Assembly (NCBI GenBank): GCA_041946805.1
Contig: JBHGBC010000013.1
Coordinates: forward strand, 1 to 64,000
Source: a bacterium
GTDB lineage: Bacteria > Hinthialibacterota > Hinthialibacteria > Hinthialibacterales > Hinthialibacteraceae
Length of the DNA: 64,000 nt
Direction of reading: 5' to 3'
The notes under the pieces are model-generated. The model was given only the letters and a program-made list of their open reading frames with translations, searched no databases and had not been told where the DNA came from. Shown here piece by piece: positions 1-8,464 of this stretch. The translations under genes and the position numbers were made by a program. Numbering within the stretch: position 1 is the stretch's first letter; each line of letters begins with the position of its first letter.

Positions 1-2
1 TC

Positions 3-35
3 CCCTCTCCCTCTGGGAGAGGGCCAGGGTGAGGG
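3..35. repeat. REP-like family A copy (CCCTCACCCTGGCCCTCTCCCAGAGGGAGAGGG, reverse orientation)
   Basis: Exact reverse complement of 22516-22548 and 50002-50034; internal hairpin CCCTCTCCC/GGGAGAGGG. Confidence 0.9.
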
Positions 36-239
36 AAAGCCTTTCCTCGGCGCCGATCCTCTCGGCGGGTTCCTAAACGCTGGGCGGAAAGGAAATTAGT
101 ATCCTTCGGTTCAGAGTCAAGAAATTGAAAAACGATTTTCCCTCACTTGTACGCATTTGCCGGATGAAACCCATCATCCGGATTTTCAGGTTGAAGAAAA
201 CCCGGGTGCGGTTGGATTCGATATCATGAAGACAGGTTC

Positions 240-1538
240 TCATGATCGTAAATAAACGCTTTCGGGAATTAAATAAACGCTTTGCGGGTTTTGGCTTTTG
301 AATTCTTCAACCAGGGCGCGCGTGCGTTGAATGATCTCCTCATCCGGTTTCTCTTCCAGTACCAAATACCGGTCATACGCCCGAAACGAGCCCCACTTTT
401 CACCCTTTTCGAACAATAAGTCGCCATATTTGCGGTACAGGCGTGGATTGTCCGGCGAACTTTTGATGTCAATGATCAGTGCGTGTTCGTCCCGGGGATT
501 CAACTCCATCGCGCGCAGGCCGCTCTGTTTATAGACTTCAAAGGTGAATAGATTGGCGCGGATGATCGTCAGGAAGCAATAGACCGCGGCGTTCAACTCC
601 CGTTGGAGGTCCGGCAATTCCACTTCGCCGAAGGCCGCCGTCCGGATGGAGCGCAGGAGCTCGCCAGTGAGATCCAGCGGGTCCTGGTAGCGTAAATCCT
701 GGGTCATGACGGCCATGGACCGCTCCAGGACTTCCGGGCTCACCAGGCCGGTGGACGGAGCGGTGGGATTTTGGCCGGGCGTGAGGATGGCGCTCGATTC
801 AAAATCCTTCGCGATCCGTCCATAACCGAGAAGATGGTGGAAGCGGAGGCCGAAGGGCTTTTTTACCCGGTCAAAAACCGACCGGGCGTACTCGACGCAG
901 TAGCGGGTAAAGTGAGGTTCGTATTCGTAGAGGATTTGGAGGAGAATCATCCGTTCGTCATGGGTGAACGTACCCTCCAGTATCTGGGTATAACTGAAGG
1001 TCGAGGGCTCCCATTGATGTAAAAAATGATCAAGTTGTTTAAGAAATTTTTGCGCGGAGTCAAGGGACGCCAACACAAACAAACGAATCGGAGTGCAATC
1101 CACCGGATTGGTCTTGGAGGTCATCCGGCCGATAAGCGACATGGCCCACAGGAGCACGCGTTTTTCCCGCTTGATTTTCGTGTTTTTGTAAGCTCCGAAG
1201 AGCATATTGATGATGACCTGGGGATTCACTTCGTTTGCCAGGCCCGTGACGGCGTTTTCGAAAATGGCGTGGTCATCGACCGGTTTCGCTCCCAGGGTGG
1301 CGTCGGCGGTCATCATCTGGAGGTAGGCTTCCATATAGTGGGAAACCATTTCGGGCTGGATCAGGATTTGTTTTAAAGAGGGAAGCGTTTGGAAAAGGGC
1401 CATCAAAACCGGGCCGTTGCGGCGGGCTGCTTCCGGATCGCGCCCTTCTTCCCACATGATGGCCTCTTCTTTTTGGCTGAAGGGGGATTTCACCACAGGG
1501 GAACGATTCGGGCGTTTTTTCTTGGTTGATTTGCTCAT
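240..1538 (-). CDS. Hypothetical protein, helical, with C-terminal TPR-like motif
   Basis: 432-aa ORF; PDNPRLYRKYGDLLFEKGEKWGSFRAYDRYL is TPR-like; ATG overlaps the upstream stop codon (ATGA). Confidence 0.75.
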   Translation of the reverse strand: MSKSTKKKRPNRSPVVKSPFSQKEEAIMWEEGRDPEAARRNGPVLMALFQTLPSLKQILIQPEMVSHYMEAYLQMMTADATLGAKPVDDHAIFENAVTGLANEVNPQVIINMLFGAYKNTKIKREKRVLLWAMSLIGRMTSKTNPVDCTPIRLFVLASLDSAQKFLKQLDHFLHQWEPSTFSYTQILEGTFTHDERMILLQILYEYEPHFTRYCVEYARSVFDRVKKPFGLRFHHLLGYGRIAKDFESSAILTPGQNPTAPSTGLVSPEVLERSMAVMTQDLRYQDPLDLTGELLRSIRTAAFGEVELPDLQRELNAAVYCFLTIIRANLFTFEVYKQSGLRAMELNPRDEHALIIDIKSSPDNPRLYRKYGDLLFEKGEKWGSFRAYDRYLVLEEKPDEEIIQRTRALVEEFKSQNPQSVYLIPESVYLRS

Positions 1539-2329
1539 GGATTTTCTTTCTTTTTCCGGCTCTCCAGTAAATAGCGAAACGCGCCGCTCCCGGCCTTCGC
1601 CTTGGATTTGGAGAGGCTGGGGGGAGAGGATTTGGGATTCACCGTGTTGTCTCGGGATTGCATGATAGAACTTTCCGTGGGAGATAAAAGTGCCGCGGGC
1701 GCGGCGGCTCCGGCATTGGGCGGAAATGGACGGTCCCAGATCCGCGAAGCCCCTTCCGTTCCTGGAGGAACTGGTTCCCCGGTCGTGTTTTCACCCGGCC
1801 GCTGCGGAAATCCGGTCATCGTCACCCGCACCGCGGTAGAGAGATTGCCGTATAGGAACGTGAGGATGAAATCCCGCTCGGTGATGCCCGGCGTGAAGAC
1901 GAAGGACAGGAACGGAACCGTGTTTTCTTCCTGGCGGAGGGGGAGGGGGATTTTGATGATGTCACGCTGGTCATCCGAGACCAGGAATGTCCAGGAACCG
2001 TCGTCGTTGTACAAAAATCCCAGGTAATACGAACCCGGATCCATGGCATCCTTTCCGATTCTCAACTTCACGTTGGTTTCCAGCAGGCTCAGAAACGGCA
2101 AGACGTTGCGGTTGTAGTAGTTCCGCGCATCGGCGTTGTTCTGGAGATCCGCCAGGGTTTCCGGATCCCAGTGGATGGCCCGGAACTGGATGGAGACGCG
2201 GGACCCGTCGCGTTGTTCGAGGACGGAGGAGATCACCGGCGCGTCCGCGTCCCGGTCCTGGGCGTAAGCCCATGAAAAAACAGAGAATAGCGCTATGAGC
2301 GGGAGAACACCGGCCCGGTTTGGTTTCAT
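1535..2329 (-). CDS. Secreted protein, DUF2911-like domain plus Pro-rich tail
   Basis: Start reassigned to MKPNRAGV (signal peptide ending AYA-Q); NVKLRIGKDAMDPGSYYL...GSWTFLV resembles DUF2911. Confidence 0.6.
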   Translation of the reverse strand: MKPNRAGVLPLIALFSVFSWAYAQDRDADAPVISSVLEQRDGSRVSIQFRAIHWDPETLADLQNNADARNYYNRNVLPFLSLLETNVKLRIGKDAMDPGSYYLGFLYNDDGSWTFLVSDDQRDIIKIPLPLRQEENTVPFLSFVFTPGITERDFILTFLYGNLSTAVRVTMTGFPQRPGENTTGEPVPPGTEGASRIWDRPFPPNAGAAAPAALLSPTESSIMQSRDNTVNPKSSPPSLSKSKAKAGSGAFRYLLESRKKKENP

Positions 2330-2548
2330 ATTGGACGCTCCTGGATTCCGGGATTTTCCTATCCCCGGAAGGATGGTCCTTATTTTACACTGTGACGCCA
2401 TTTTTTTCTTCTCACCCAAATGGATTAACTTCAAAGTTTGTAAGCCCGGCGCCACGTATGCCAAGGATTGTACCCCGGGCAAACTAGGGCCGCCCCTGCG
2501 GGGCTATACGGCGATCAAGGCCGGCCGGAATCAGGAGTGGCAGACAAT

Positions 2549-2582
2549 GATGGGTTGCGCGCTCCGCGCTAATCCATCCTAC
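2549..2582. repeat. GTAG-type REP (family B)
   Basis: GATGGGTTGCGCGCTCCGCGCTAATCCATCCTAC hairpin with GTAG foot on the minus strand; near-identical copy at 41647-41680. Confidence 0.8.
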
Positions 2583-2613
2583 GGCCCTATTTGACCGGAT
2601 CATAACCCTATTG

Positions 2614-3987
2614 TCAGGAAAAGAAGGTGGGATAAGGGCCGCCGGTGATTTCCCGGCGCAGCAGCACGGCCAGTTCGAGGGCGTGATAATCGCCCCACAG
2701 GGAGGATTCGCCACAGGGAACGCGGCGGCCTTCGGGGACATAATCCCACCCATTCGGCCGGTGATACACGGAATGGAGGATCAATCCCTGATGTTCTTCG
2801 CGGGTGGAGAGATACGGTTCATCGAAGAGGGTATCGGCGAGAGTCAATCCCGCCTGGAAATAAGCCTGGCCTTCGTCCGGCCGGCCCTGACCGGCGAGAT
2901 ATTTCCCCAGCCGGATGAATCCCTGCGCGGCGATGGCGGCCGCCGAACTGTCCACCGGTTCATGTTCGTTGAAAGGATCGGCGGGGCGGTTGAGGTAATC
3001 CCCCAGGTAAGCCAGGCCGGGCGCGCCCGTGTCCCAGTAGGGAATGCCATCCACCGGGGTGTGCTGGATATAGAAATCGGCGGTGGCCTGGGCCGCTTCC
3101 AGGAACTCGGCCACCACGGAGGCTTTTCCCCCAAGGGCTTCCAATTCCGAATCGGCCACGGTATCGAGAAATTCCAGTTCTTCCGCGAATCCGGTGATGG
3201 CCCAGGCCAGGCCGCGGGTCCAGGTGGAGAAGGGGGAATACCCTTGCTGTGTGCTGGGGCACCGGAAGCGGCCGTCGTTGCGGTTGAAGATCGCTTCGTG
3301 GACGGTCCGGCCCCGGATGTCGAAGGCGTCGCGCGCCTGACCGTAGTAGATATTGTACCGGGCGGTGGCGCGGCCGTGGAGCACCAGGCGGGTTAGAAGG
3401 GAGACCGGCTGGTCGCCTTCGCCCATGAGGACATGCCCCAGGCGGTGGGCCAGACCCAGGCTGCGCAGGCTGCGGATGGTATCCACGAAGAGCGAGTGGG
3501 GCCCGTTGAATGAATAGATGTACCCCAATCCGTCGGCGGTGATGGACCACCGGGCGGCCTGCACCGCGCCGGAGAGTTTGAGGGCCAATTCATAGAACCG
3601 CGGTTCCCACGTGTCTGCCGGGATCCGGCCTTCGCGTATCAAACGGTGCAGGTTGCCGTAGGTGGATATGTTGTTGAAGCCGTGGTCGTGCACGCCGGTG
3701 TGTGAGACATGGGGGGCCATGCGTTCCACGGTACGGGCGCGTCCGAGTTCGAGAAACGATGGATCCCCAGTGGCGTCGAATTGCAGCAAGGCCAAGCCGT
3801 ATTGGAATCCCTGTGTCCATTCCGTCCATCCGCGGGTGGTGTAACGGCCCTGGACAGTAAAAACCGGCGTGCCCCGCGCGGGATCCCAAGTTCTTTCGAG
3901 AAGCTGTATTTTCTTTCCGGAGATTTCGAACAAACGGTCCAGTTTGGAAGCCAAGCGTGGCGGATCGATGCCGTAGTTGATTTCCAT
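2614..3987 (-). CDS. Glycoside hydrolase family 88-like (unsaturated glucuronyl hydrolase)
   Basis: WTEWTQGF, HDHGF, STWTRGLAW, IPYWD, DSSAAAIAA and WGDY motifs of the GH88 alpha/alpha-toroid. Confidence 0.85.
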   Translation of the reverse strand: MEINYGIDPPRLASKLDRLFEISGKKIQLLERTWDPARGTPVFTVQGRYTTRGWTEWTQGFQYGLALLQFDATGDPSFLELGRARTVERMAPHVSHTGVHDHGFNNISTYGNLHRLIREGRIPADTWEPRFYELALKLSGAVQAARWSITADGLGYIYSFNGPHSLFVDTIRSLRSLGLAHRLGHVLMGEGDQPVSLLTRLVLHGRATARYNIYYGQARDAFDIRGRTVHEAIFNRNDGRFRCPSTQQGYSPFSTWTRGLAWAITGFAEELEFLDTVADSELEALGGKASVVAEFLEAAQATADFYIQHTPVDGIPYWDTGAPGLAYLGDYLNRPADPFNEHEPVDSSAAAIAAQGFIRLGKYLAGQGRPDEGQAYFQAGLTLADTLFDEPYLSTREEHQGLILHSVYHRPNGWDYVPEGRRVPCGESSLWGDYHALELAVLLRREITGGPYPTFFS

Positions 3988-4030
3988 GCTCCATCTCCCA
4001 TCCCCGATGAATTGTTATTCATGACAGGCC

Positions 4031-5215
4031 TTATTTTGGATTGCTTTTCAGGATCTTCGCGAGGGCCGATGCGGCCTTTTTCAGATCGTCCCCGTCATGG
4101 GCGGCGCACAACGAGAGCCGGATCCGGGACGTGCCTTCCGGAACCGTGGGCGGACGGATGGCCTTCGCGACAATCCCCTTGGCCAACAAGGCTTGGGAAC
4201 AGCGTACCGCCCGTTCGCTGCCGCCCAGGATGACGGGGATGATCGGCGTGGGAGAATCGGGAACCTCGACGCCGTGGTGACGCAACGCCTCGCGCAGGAT
4301 CTGAATGGCGGTGTGGAGGTGTTCGCCCAGGGACGCGTCGGAGCGGATCCGGGAAATGGTGGAATGCGCGACGCCCGCCAGCCAGGGGGAGATCCCCGTG
4401 GAGTAGATAAACGCCCGGCAATAATTCACCAGGTATTCGATCGCGGACCGTGAACCGCACAGAAAACCGCCCTGCGCGCCGATGGCCTTGCTGAGCGTGC
4501 CCATGATCAGAATATGCTCTTCCCAGGGAATTCCGATATGCGCCAGGCTTCCAGCTCCATCCGGACCCAGAACGCCAGTCCCGTGCGCGTCATCCACTAA
4601 TAACAGCGCGCCGTGCTCTTTCGCCAGCCGGCTGAGATCCACCAGGGGGGCGAGATCACCGTCCATGGAAAACACGCCGTCGGTGATGATCAGTTTTTTG
4701 CGGCCCCGCTTGTCTTGCAGCAGGCTCTTCAGGTCGTCCAGGTTCGCGTGTTGATAGCGGTAAAAGGCCGCGCCCGACAGCAGGCAACCGTCCACGATCG
4801 AGGCATGATTCCATTTATCGGAAAAAACCACGTCGCCTTTTCCCGCCAGGGCCGAAATCACCCCCACGTTGGCCTGGTATCCGGAAGGGAACACCAGGGC
4901 GGCCTCGGTCCCTTTCCACTCGGCCAGGAGTTTCTCCAGTTCCTGATGAATGACCAGATTCCCGGTCACCAAGCGGGACGCTCCACTGCCCAGGGGAAGA
5001 ATTTCGGCCAGGATGCGGCCTTCTTCCCGGCTGGCGGAGTCGGCGGCGAGACCCAGGTAGTCGTTCGCGCAAAGATTCAGAAACCGGTGGCCGTTTTGGA
5101 ACAGATAGCCCGGCTGGAACGTGTCGAATACTGAGAGCGACCGGTATTTGTTTTCATCCTTGGCGGTTTGAATCCGGTTTTGAAAGAAAAGATTCCAGGT
5201 TCGTTTGGCGCGCAT
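4031..5215 (-). CDS. bioF: 8-amino-7-oxononanoate synthase
   Basis: NDYLGL, GSGASRLVTG, NHASIVDG, DGVFSMDGD, DDAHG and GTLSKA (PLP Lys) motifs. Confidence 0.9.
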   Translation of the reverse strand: MRAKRTWNLFFQNRIQTAKDENKYRSLSVFDTFQPGYLFQNGHRFLNLCANDYLGLAADSASREEGRILAEILPLGSGASRLVTGNLVIHQELEKLLAEWKGTEAALVFPSGYQANVGVISALAGKGDVVFSDKWNHASIVDGCLLSGAAFYRYQHANLDDLKSLLQDKRGRKKLIITDGVFSMDGDLAPLVDLSRLAKEHGALLLVDDAHGTGVLGPDGAGSLAHIGIPWEEHILIMGTLSKAIGAQGGFLCGSRSAIEYLVNYCRAFIYSTGISPWLAGVAHSTISRIRSDASLGEHLHTAIQILREALRHHGVEVPDSPTPIIPVILGGSERAVRCSQALLAKGIVAKAIRPPTVPEGTSRIRLSLCAAHDGDDLKKAASALAKILKSNPK

Positions 5216-5566
5216 GGAAAAGCGATCGCATTCTAGATGTAATTAATCCTATTTATCTTGCGGTCATTTTGAGAGAATGGCCCTGGGGTTCAAGCCCCGC
5301 GGGGAGGAAAGGGGGAGGGCTAGGGGTTGCGCCAGGCGTAGAGCCAGGAATCGCACCCGGGGCTGTACTCTTGTCTAAATATGGAAGCGCCCCTACGGGG
5401 CTTATATTGCGCCAGGGATGGCAAGCCCGGGTTATGGCTCCTAGATACGGTAAGATGTCCCGATGGGGCGGAAATACCAGGGAGGAGGTCTATGTCCGTA
5501 ATAGCAGGCAAGAGGTCTGGAACACAATGATAAACCAAATTCATTACTTGAATGAATTCATTTAAA

Positions 5567-5598
5567 TACTTGACAGTGTCAAGTAATGCGGGTATTCT
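5567..5598 (+). promoter_or_regulatory. Sigma-70 promoter (TTGACA-17-TATTCT) overlapped by a perfect palindrome TACTTGACA-G-TGTCAAGTA
   Basis: -35 at 5570-5575, -10 at 5593-5598; 9-1-9 palindrome at 5567-5585. Confidence 0.75.
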
Positions 5599-5664
5599 TT
5601 ATAAAGCGTTTTCGATTGAAGGTTTAACTGACGATCCGGCAACAAGTCGGTTTCAAAAAAATGT

Positions 5665-5713
5665 CCACAACATATTGTAGGTATTCTCTGGTTATTCACA
5701 CAACATCTTGTAT
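5665..5713 (+). promoter_or_regulatory. Tandem NrdR-box-like sites
   Basis: CCACAACATATTGTAG (5665-5680) and ACACAACATCTTGTAT (5698-5713), 33 bp apart; resemble the acaCwAtATaTwGtg consensus. Confidence 0.6.
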
Positions 5714-5803
5714 GCAGTTTTCAGGATTTAGACTTATAGCCATGGCGTCTTACCTACTGAATTCAGACCATCAACCGGTTGCCTCACACAAAAGGAGAAA
5801 AGC

Positions 5804-6130
5804 ATGATTACATTGACTGAAAAAGCCGCCGCGGAGGTCAAGCGGCTCATCAAAGCCCAGGAACTGCCCGAGGATGTGGGACTGCGGGTCGGAGTGCGGG
5901 GAGGCGGTTGTTCGGGCCTTTCGTATTCCTTGAATTTCGAGTTGGAACAAAAAGAGAAAGACCGGATTTTCAACTCCAACGGCGTGAAATTGATCGTGGA
6001 TTCCAAAAGCCTGCTTTATTTGAGCGGGACGACGGTGGATTATACGGATGGGCTGAACGGTAGCGGCTTTATGTTCAACAATCCCAACGCGACGCAGAGC
6101 TGCGGGTGCGGATCCTCGTTTTCCGCGTAA
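5804..6130 (+). CDS. iscA: A-type Fe-S cluster carrier (IscA/SufA/ErpA family)
   Basis: GGGCSG and CGCGSSF motifs; AAGGAG RBS. Confidence 0.9.
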   Translation: MITLTEKAAAEVKRLIKAQELPEDVGLRVGVRGGGCSGLSYSLNFELEQKEKDRIFNSNGVKLIVDSKSLLYLSGTTVDYTDGLNGSGFMFNNPNATQSCGCGSSFSA

Positions 6131-6366
6131 GATAACGCGTAAGATAAAAGGTAAACGGTCAGCCGTGTCGTGGGGAAGTGCGAATCCAAGGATCTTTCCT
6201 TCTCCCGGCCAATTGAAAAGCGGCCGGGGTGTCGAGGAAAGGGCTTCCCTCACACCAATCCTTCCCCAGGGTGATAGAGAATTTGCGGGGAGCAGGATTC
6301 CGAAAGTGATCGTGGCGCCGTGAAAAGAGATACGCTCATGCCGGATGGGCCGTTTACTATGGAAAT

Positions 6367-6996
6367 ATGGATAAAACCACCATGAGGGGAGCAGAGTACG
6401 GCTCGTTGGACGGTTTGAACTTACGCGGTTTGTTGCGCCGGTTTATCTTGTTCGCGGCGGCGGTTCGTCAGGCGGCCAGTGGAGAGGCTGTATCCATGAA
6501 ATTGGGGGTGAAGGTGACCGAACCCCAGGCGGACGCCCTGCGGTTTCTCTGCCTCAACGACAACGTTACCATCGGGGAATTCGCCGTGGGATTAGGCCAC
6601 ACCATATCCGGAGCGACGAAAGCCGTGAACCGCCTGGTGAAAAACGGCTGGGTGTCCCGGGTGAGCAGTGGAGAAGACCACCGCACGGTGTATGTCCAGC
6701 TGACCGAGCGGGGAAAGAATCTGGCCGGGGAATTGCTGGCGGAAACCGAGGAGCGTTTGAAACGGATACTCCTCCGCTTGCGTCCGGAGACGCTGGAATG
6801 TCTGGACCCGATATTGGATGCTTTTTTACGGGATTATATAGACAACGAGGAAATCGCATCCAAATTGTGCGTGGCGTGCGGCTTCGAGGGGGGGATTCAT
6901 TGCTGCGAAAGTGATATCGATTGCGTGGTCGCCAAAGCCGTCAAACATGTTGATATAGAAACAGTTACTCCGCTACGTTATCCTCCCCCGGGCTGA
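6367..6996 (+). CDS. MarR-family regulator with C-terminal Cys cluster
   Basis: wHTH with VNRLVKNGWVSR...EDHRTVYVQLTERG; C-terminal CVAC-x7-CC-x5-C. Confidence 0.85.
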   Translation: MDKTTMRGAEYGSLDGLNLRGLLRRFILFAAAVRQAASGEAVSMKLGVKVTEPQADALRFLCLNDNVTIGEFAVGLGHTISGATKAVNRLVKNGWVSRVSSGEDHRTVYVQLTERGKNLAGELLAETEERLKRILLRLRPETLECLDPILDAFLRDYIDNEEIASKLCVACGFEGGIHCCESDIDCVVAKAVKHVDIETVTPLRYPPPG

Positions 6997-7218
6997 ATGG
7001 AACCTGGAGAGGGGCATCCGGTTTTTAATTCCTATCCAATCAAATACCTCCTCTTCCTTTTTTTCCCCGTCCTTCTCATAATTACAAAGTGGGAAGCAAA
7101 AGTAATTTTTCTTTTGATAAATACACCGTCTTTGTGTAATATTTGTTGACATTGCTTTTCGCTGGGATTCGCGGTATATCTGTTGGTGTTGAACTTGGAG
7201 CAAGGGAAGTGCAAATTC

Positions 7219-8238
7219 ATGACACGAAAAAAGGTTGGTTTTGCACAAATTGTTTGTAACAATCCCCGCATGCAGCAGATCGTGCGCACGGCCCAGCGCA
7301 TCGCCAACTCGGATATGCTGGTGTTGATCACCGGTGAGGACGGGACGGGGAAGGAAACCCTGGCCCAGGCGATTCACAACGACAGCGACCGCGGCAACGG
7401 GCGGTTTGTCAGCGTCAATTGCGCCGCCCTGCCCGATGCCCTGCTGGAAACCGAATTGTTCGGGCATGAAAAGGGGGCGTTTACCGGCGCGGTGTATTCC
7501 CGGAAGGGGAAATTCGAGCAGGCACAGGGGGGGTCCTTGTTTCTGGATGAAATTGGGGAGATGAGCCTGCCCACCCAGGCGCGCCTCTTGCGGGTGCTGG
7601 AGGAGGGGGTGGCGGAACGGATCGGCGGGGGAGAACCGATCGCCCTCGATGTGCGGATCATCACGGCTTCCAACGAAAACCTGTACAACCAAGTCAAGGA
7701 GGGGGCCTTCCGGCAGGATTTGTACTACCGGCTGAAGGAGGTGCATCTCGATATTCCCCCCTTGCGGGAGCGGAAGGAAGACATCCCCCCCTTGGTGGAT
7801 TATTTCATCAAGCAGTACAACAAGCAGTATCACAAGTCGATCGAGGGGATTTCGGACGCCGCGCTGCAATTTCTCTTGCGGCATGACTGGCCGGGGAACG
7901 TCCGCGAGCTGCTGCACGTGATCAAATGCGCGGTGCTGATGAACGATGCGCAGGAGACGATCTGGCTCGAACACATACCCTTGGATATTCACCTGGCCGA
8001 ATCGGCCCGGTCGAAGGATGATAAAGCGGAAACGAAGGCCGATGAATTATTGGAAATCCTGTCGCTGGACGAGGCGGAAAAGCGGCACATCTTGCGGATC
8101 CTGGAGTTTACCCGGTTCAACAAGAGCCAAGCGGCCAATATCCTGAAAATTTCCCGGCCCACCTTGGACCGGAAAATCGAAAAATACCAGCTGCACAACA
8201 TCAAGGTCCAGGAAAAAATGACCAAAACAACCATCTGA
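7219..8238 (+). CDS. Sigma-54-dependent activator (AAA+ and Fis HTH) lacking an N-terminal sensor domain
   Basis: GEDGTGKE, ELFGHEKGAFTGA, FLDEIGE, FRQDLYYRL, WPGNVREL and a C-terminal HTH. Confidence 0.9.
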   Translation: MTRKKVGFAQIVCNNPRMQQIVRTAQRIANSDMLVLITGEDGTGKETLAQAIHNDSDRGNGRFVSVNCAALPDALLETELFGHEKGAFTGAVYSRKGKFEQAQGGSLFLDEIGEMSLPTQARLLRVLEEGVAERIGGGEPIALDVRIITASNENLYNQVKEGAFRQDLYYRLKEVHLDIPPLRERKEDIPPLVDYFIKQYNKQYHKSIEGISDAALQFLLRHDWPGNVRELLHVIKCAVLMNDAQETIWLEHIPLDIHLAESARSKDDKAETKADELLEILSLDEAEKRHILRILEFTRFNKSQAANILKISRPTLDRKIEKYQLHNIKVQEKMTKTTI

Positions 8239-8295
8239 ACCGGCGCGGGGATGGCCGGCGGCCCGGCTTTCTCCGGGAATTATACCAGCTGTAAC

Positions 8296-8324
8296 TTGAC
8301 ATTCCTTGGGATGCACGATACTTT
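8296..8324 (+). promoter_or_regulatory. Candidate sigma-70 promoter for the envelope locus
   Basis: TTGACA (8296-8301), 17 bp, TACTTT (8319-8324). Confidence 0.45.
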
Positions 8325-8464
8325 CCAGCGAGTAGGGGAGAAAAATCCGGTTTGCTGATGCGATCGCGTGCGGGAATTACCGGTGACGGTTTCCCTTGCT
8401 CATGACCCTGTCTCCCCCTGACTCGTTATCGTGTATGGATCAAGCGACGATATCGAGGTGAGCC

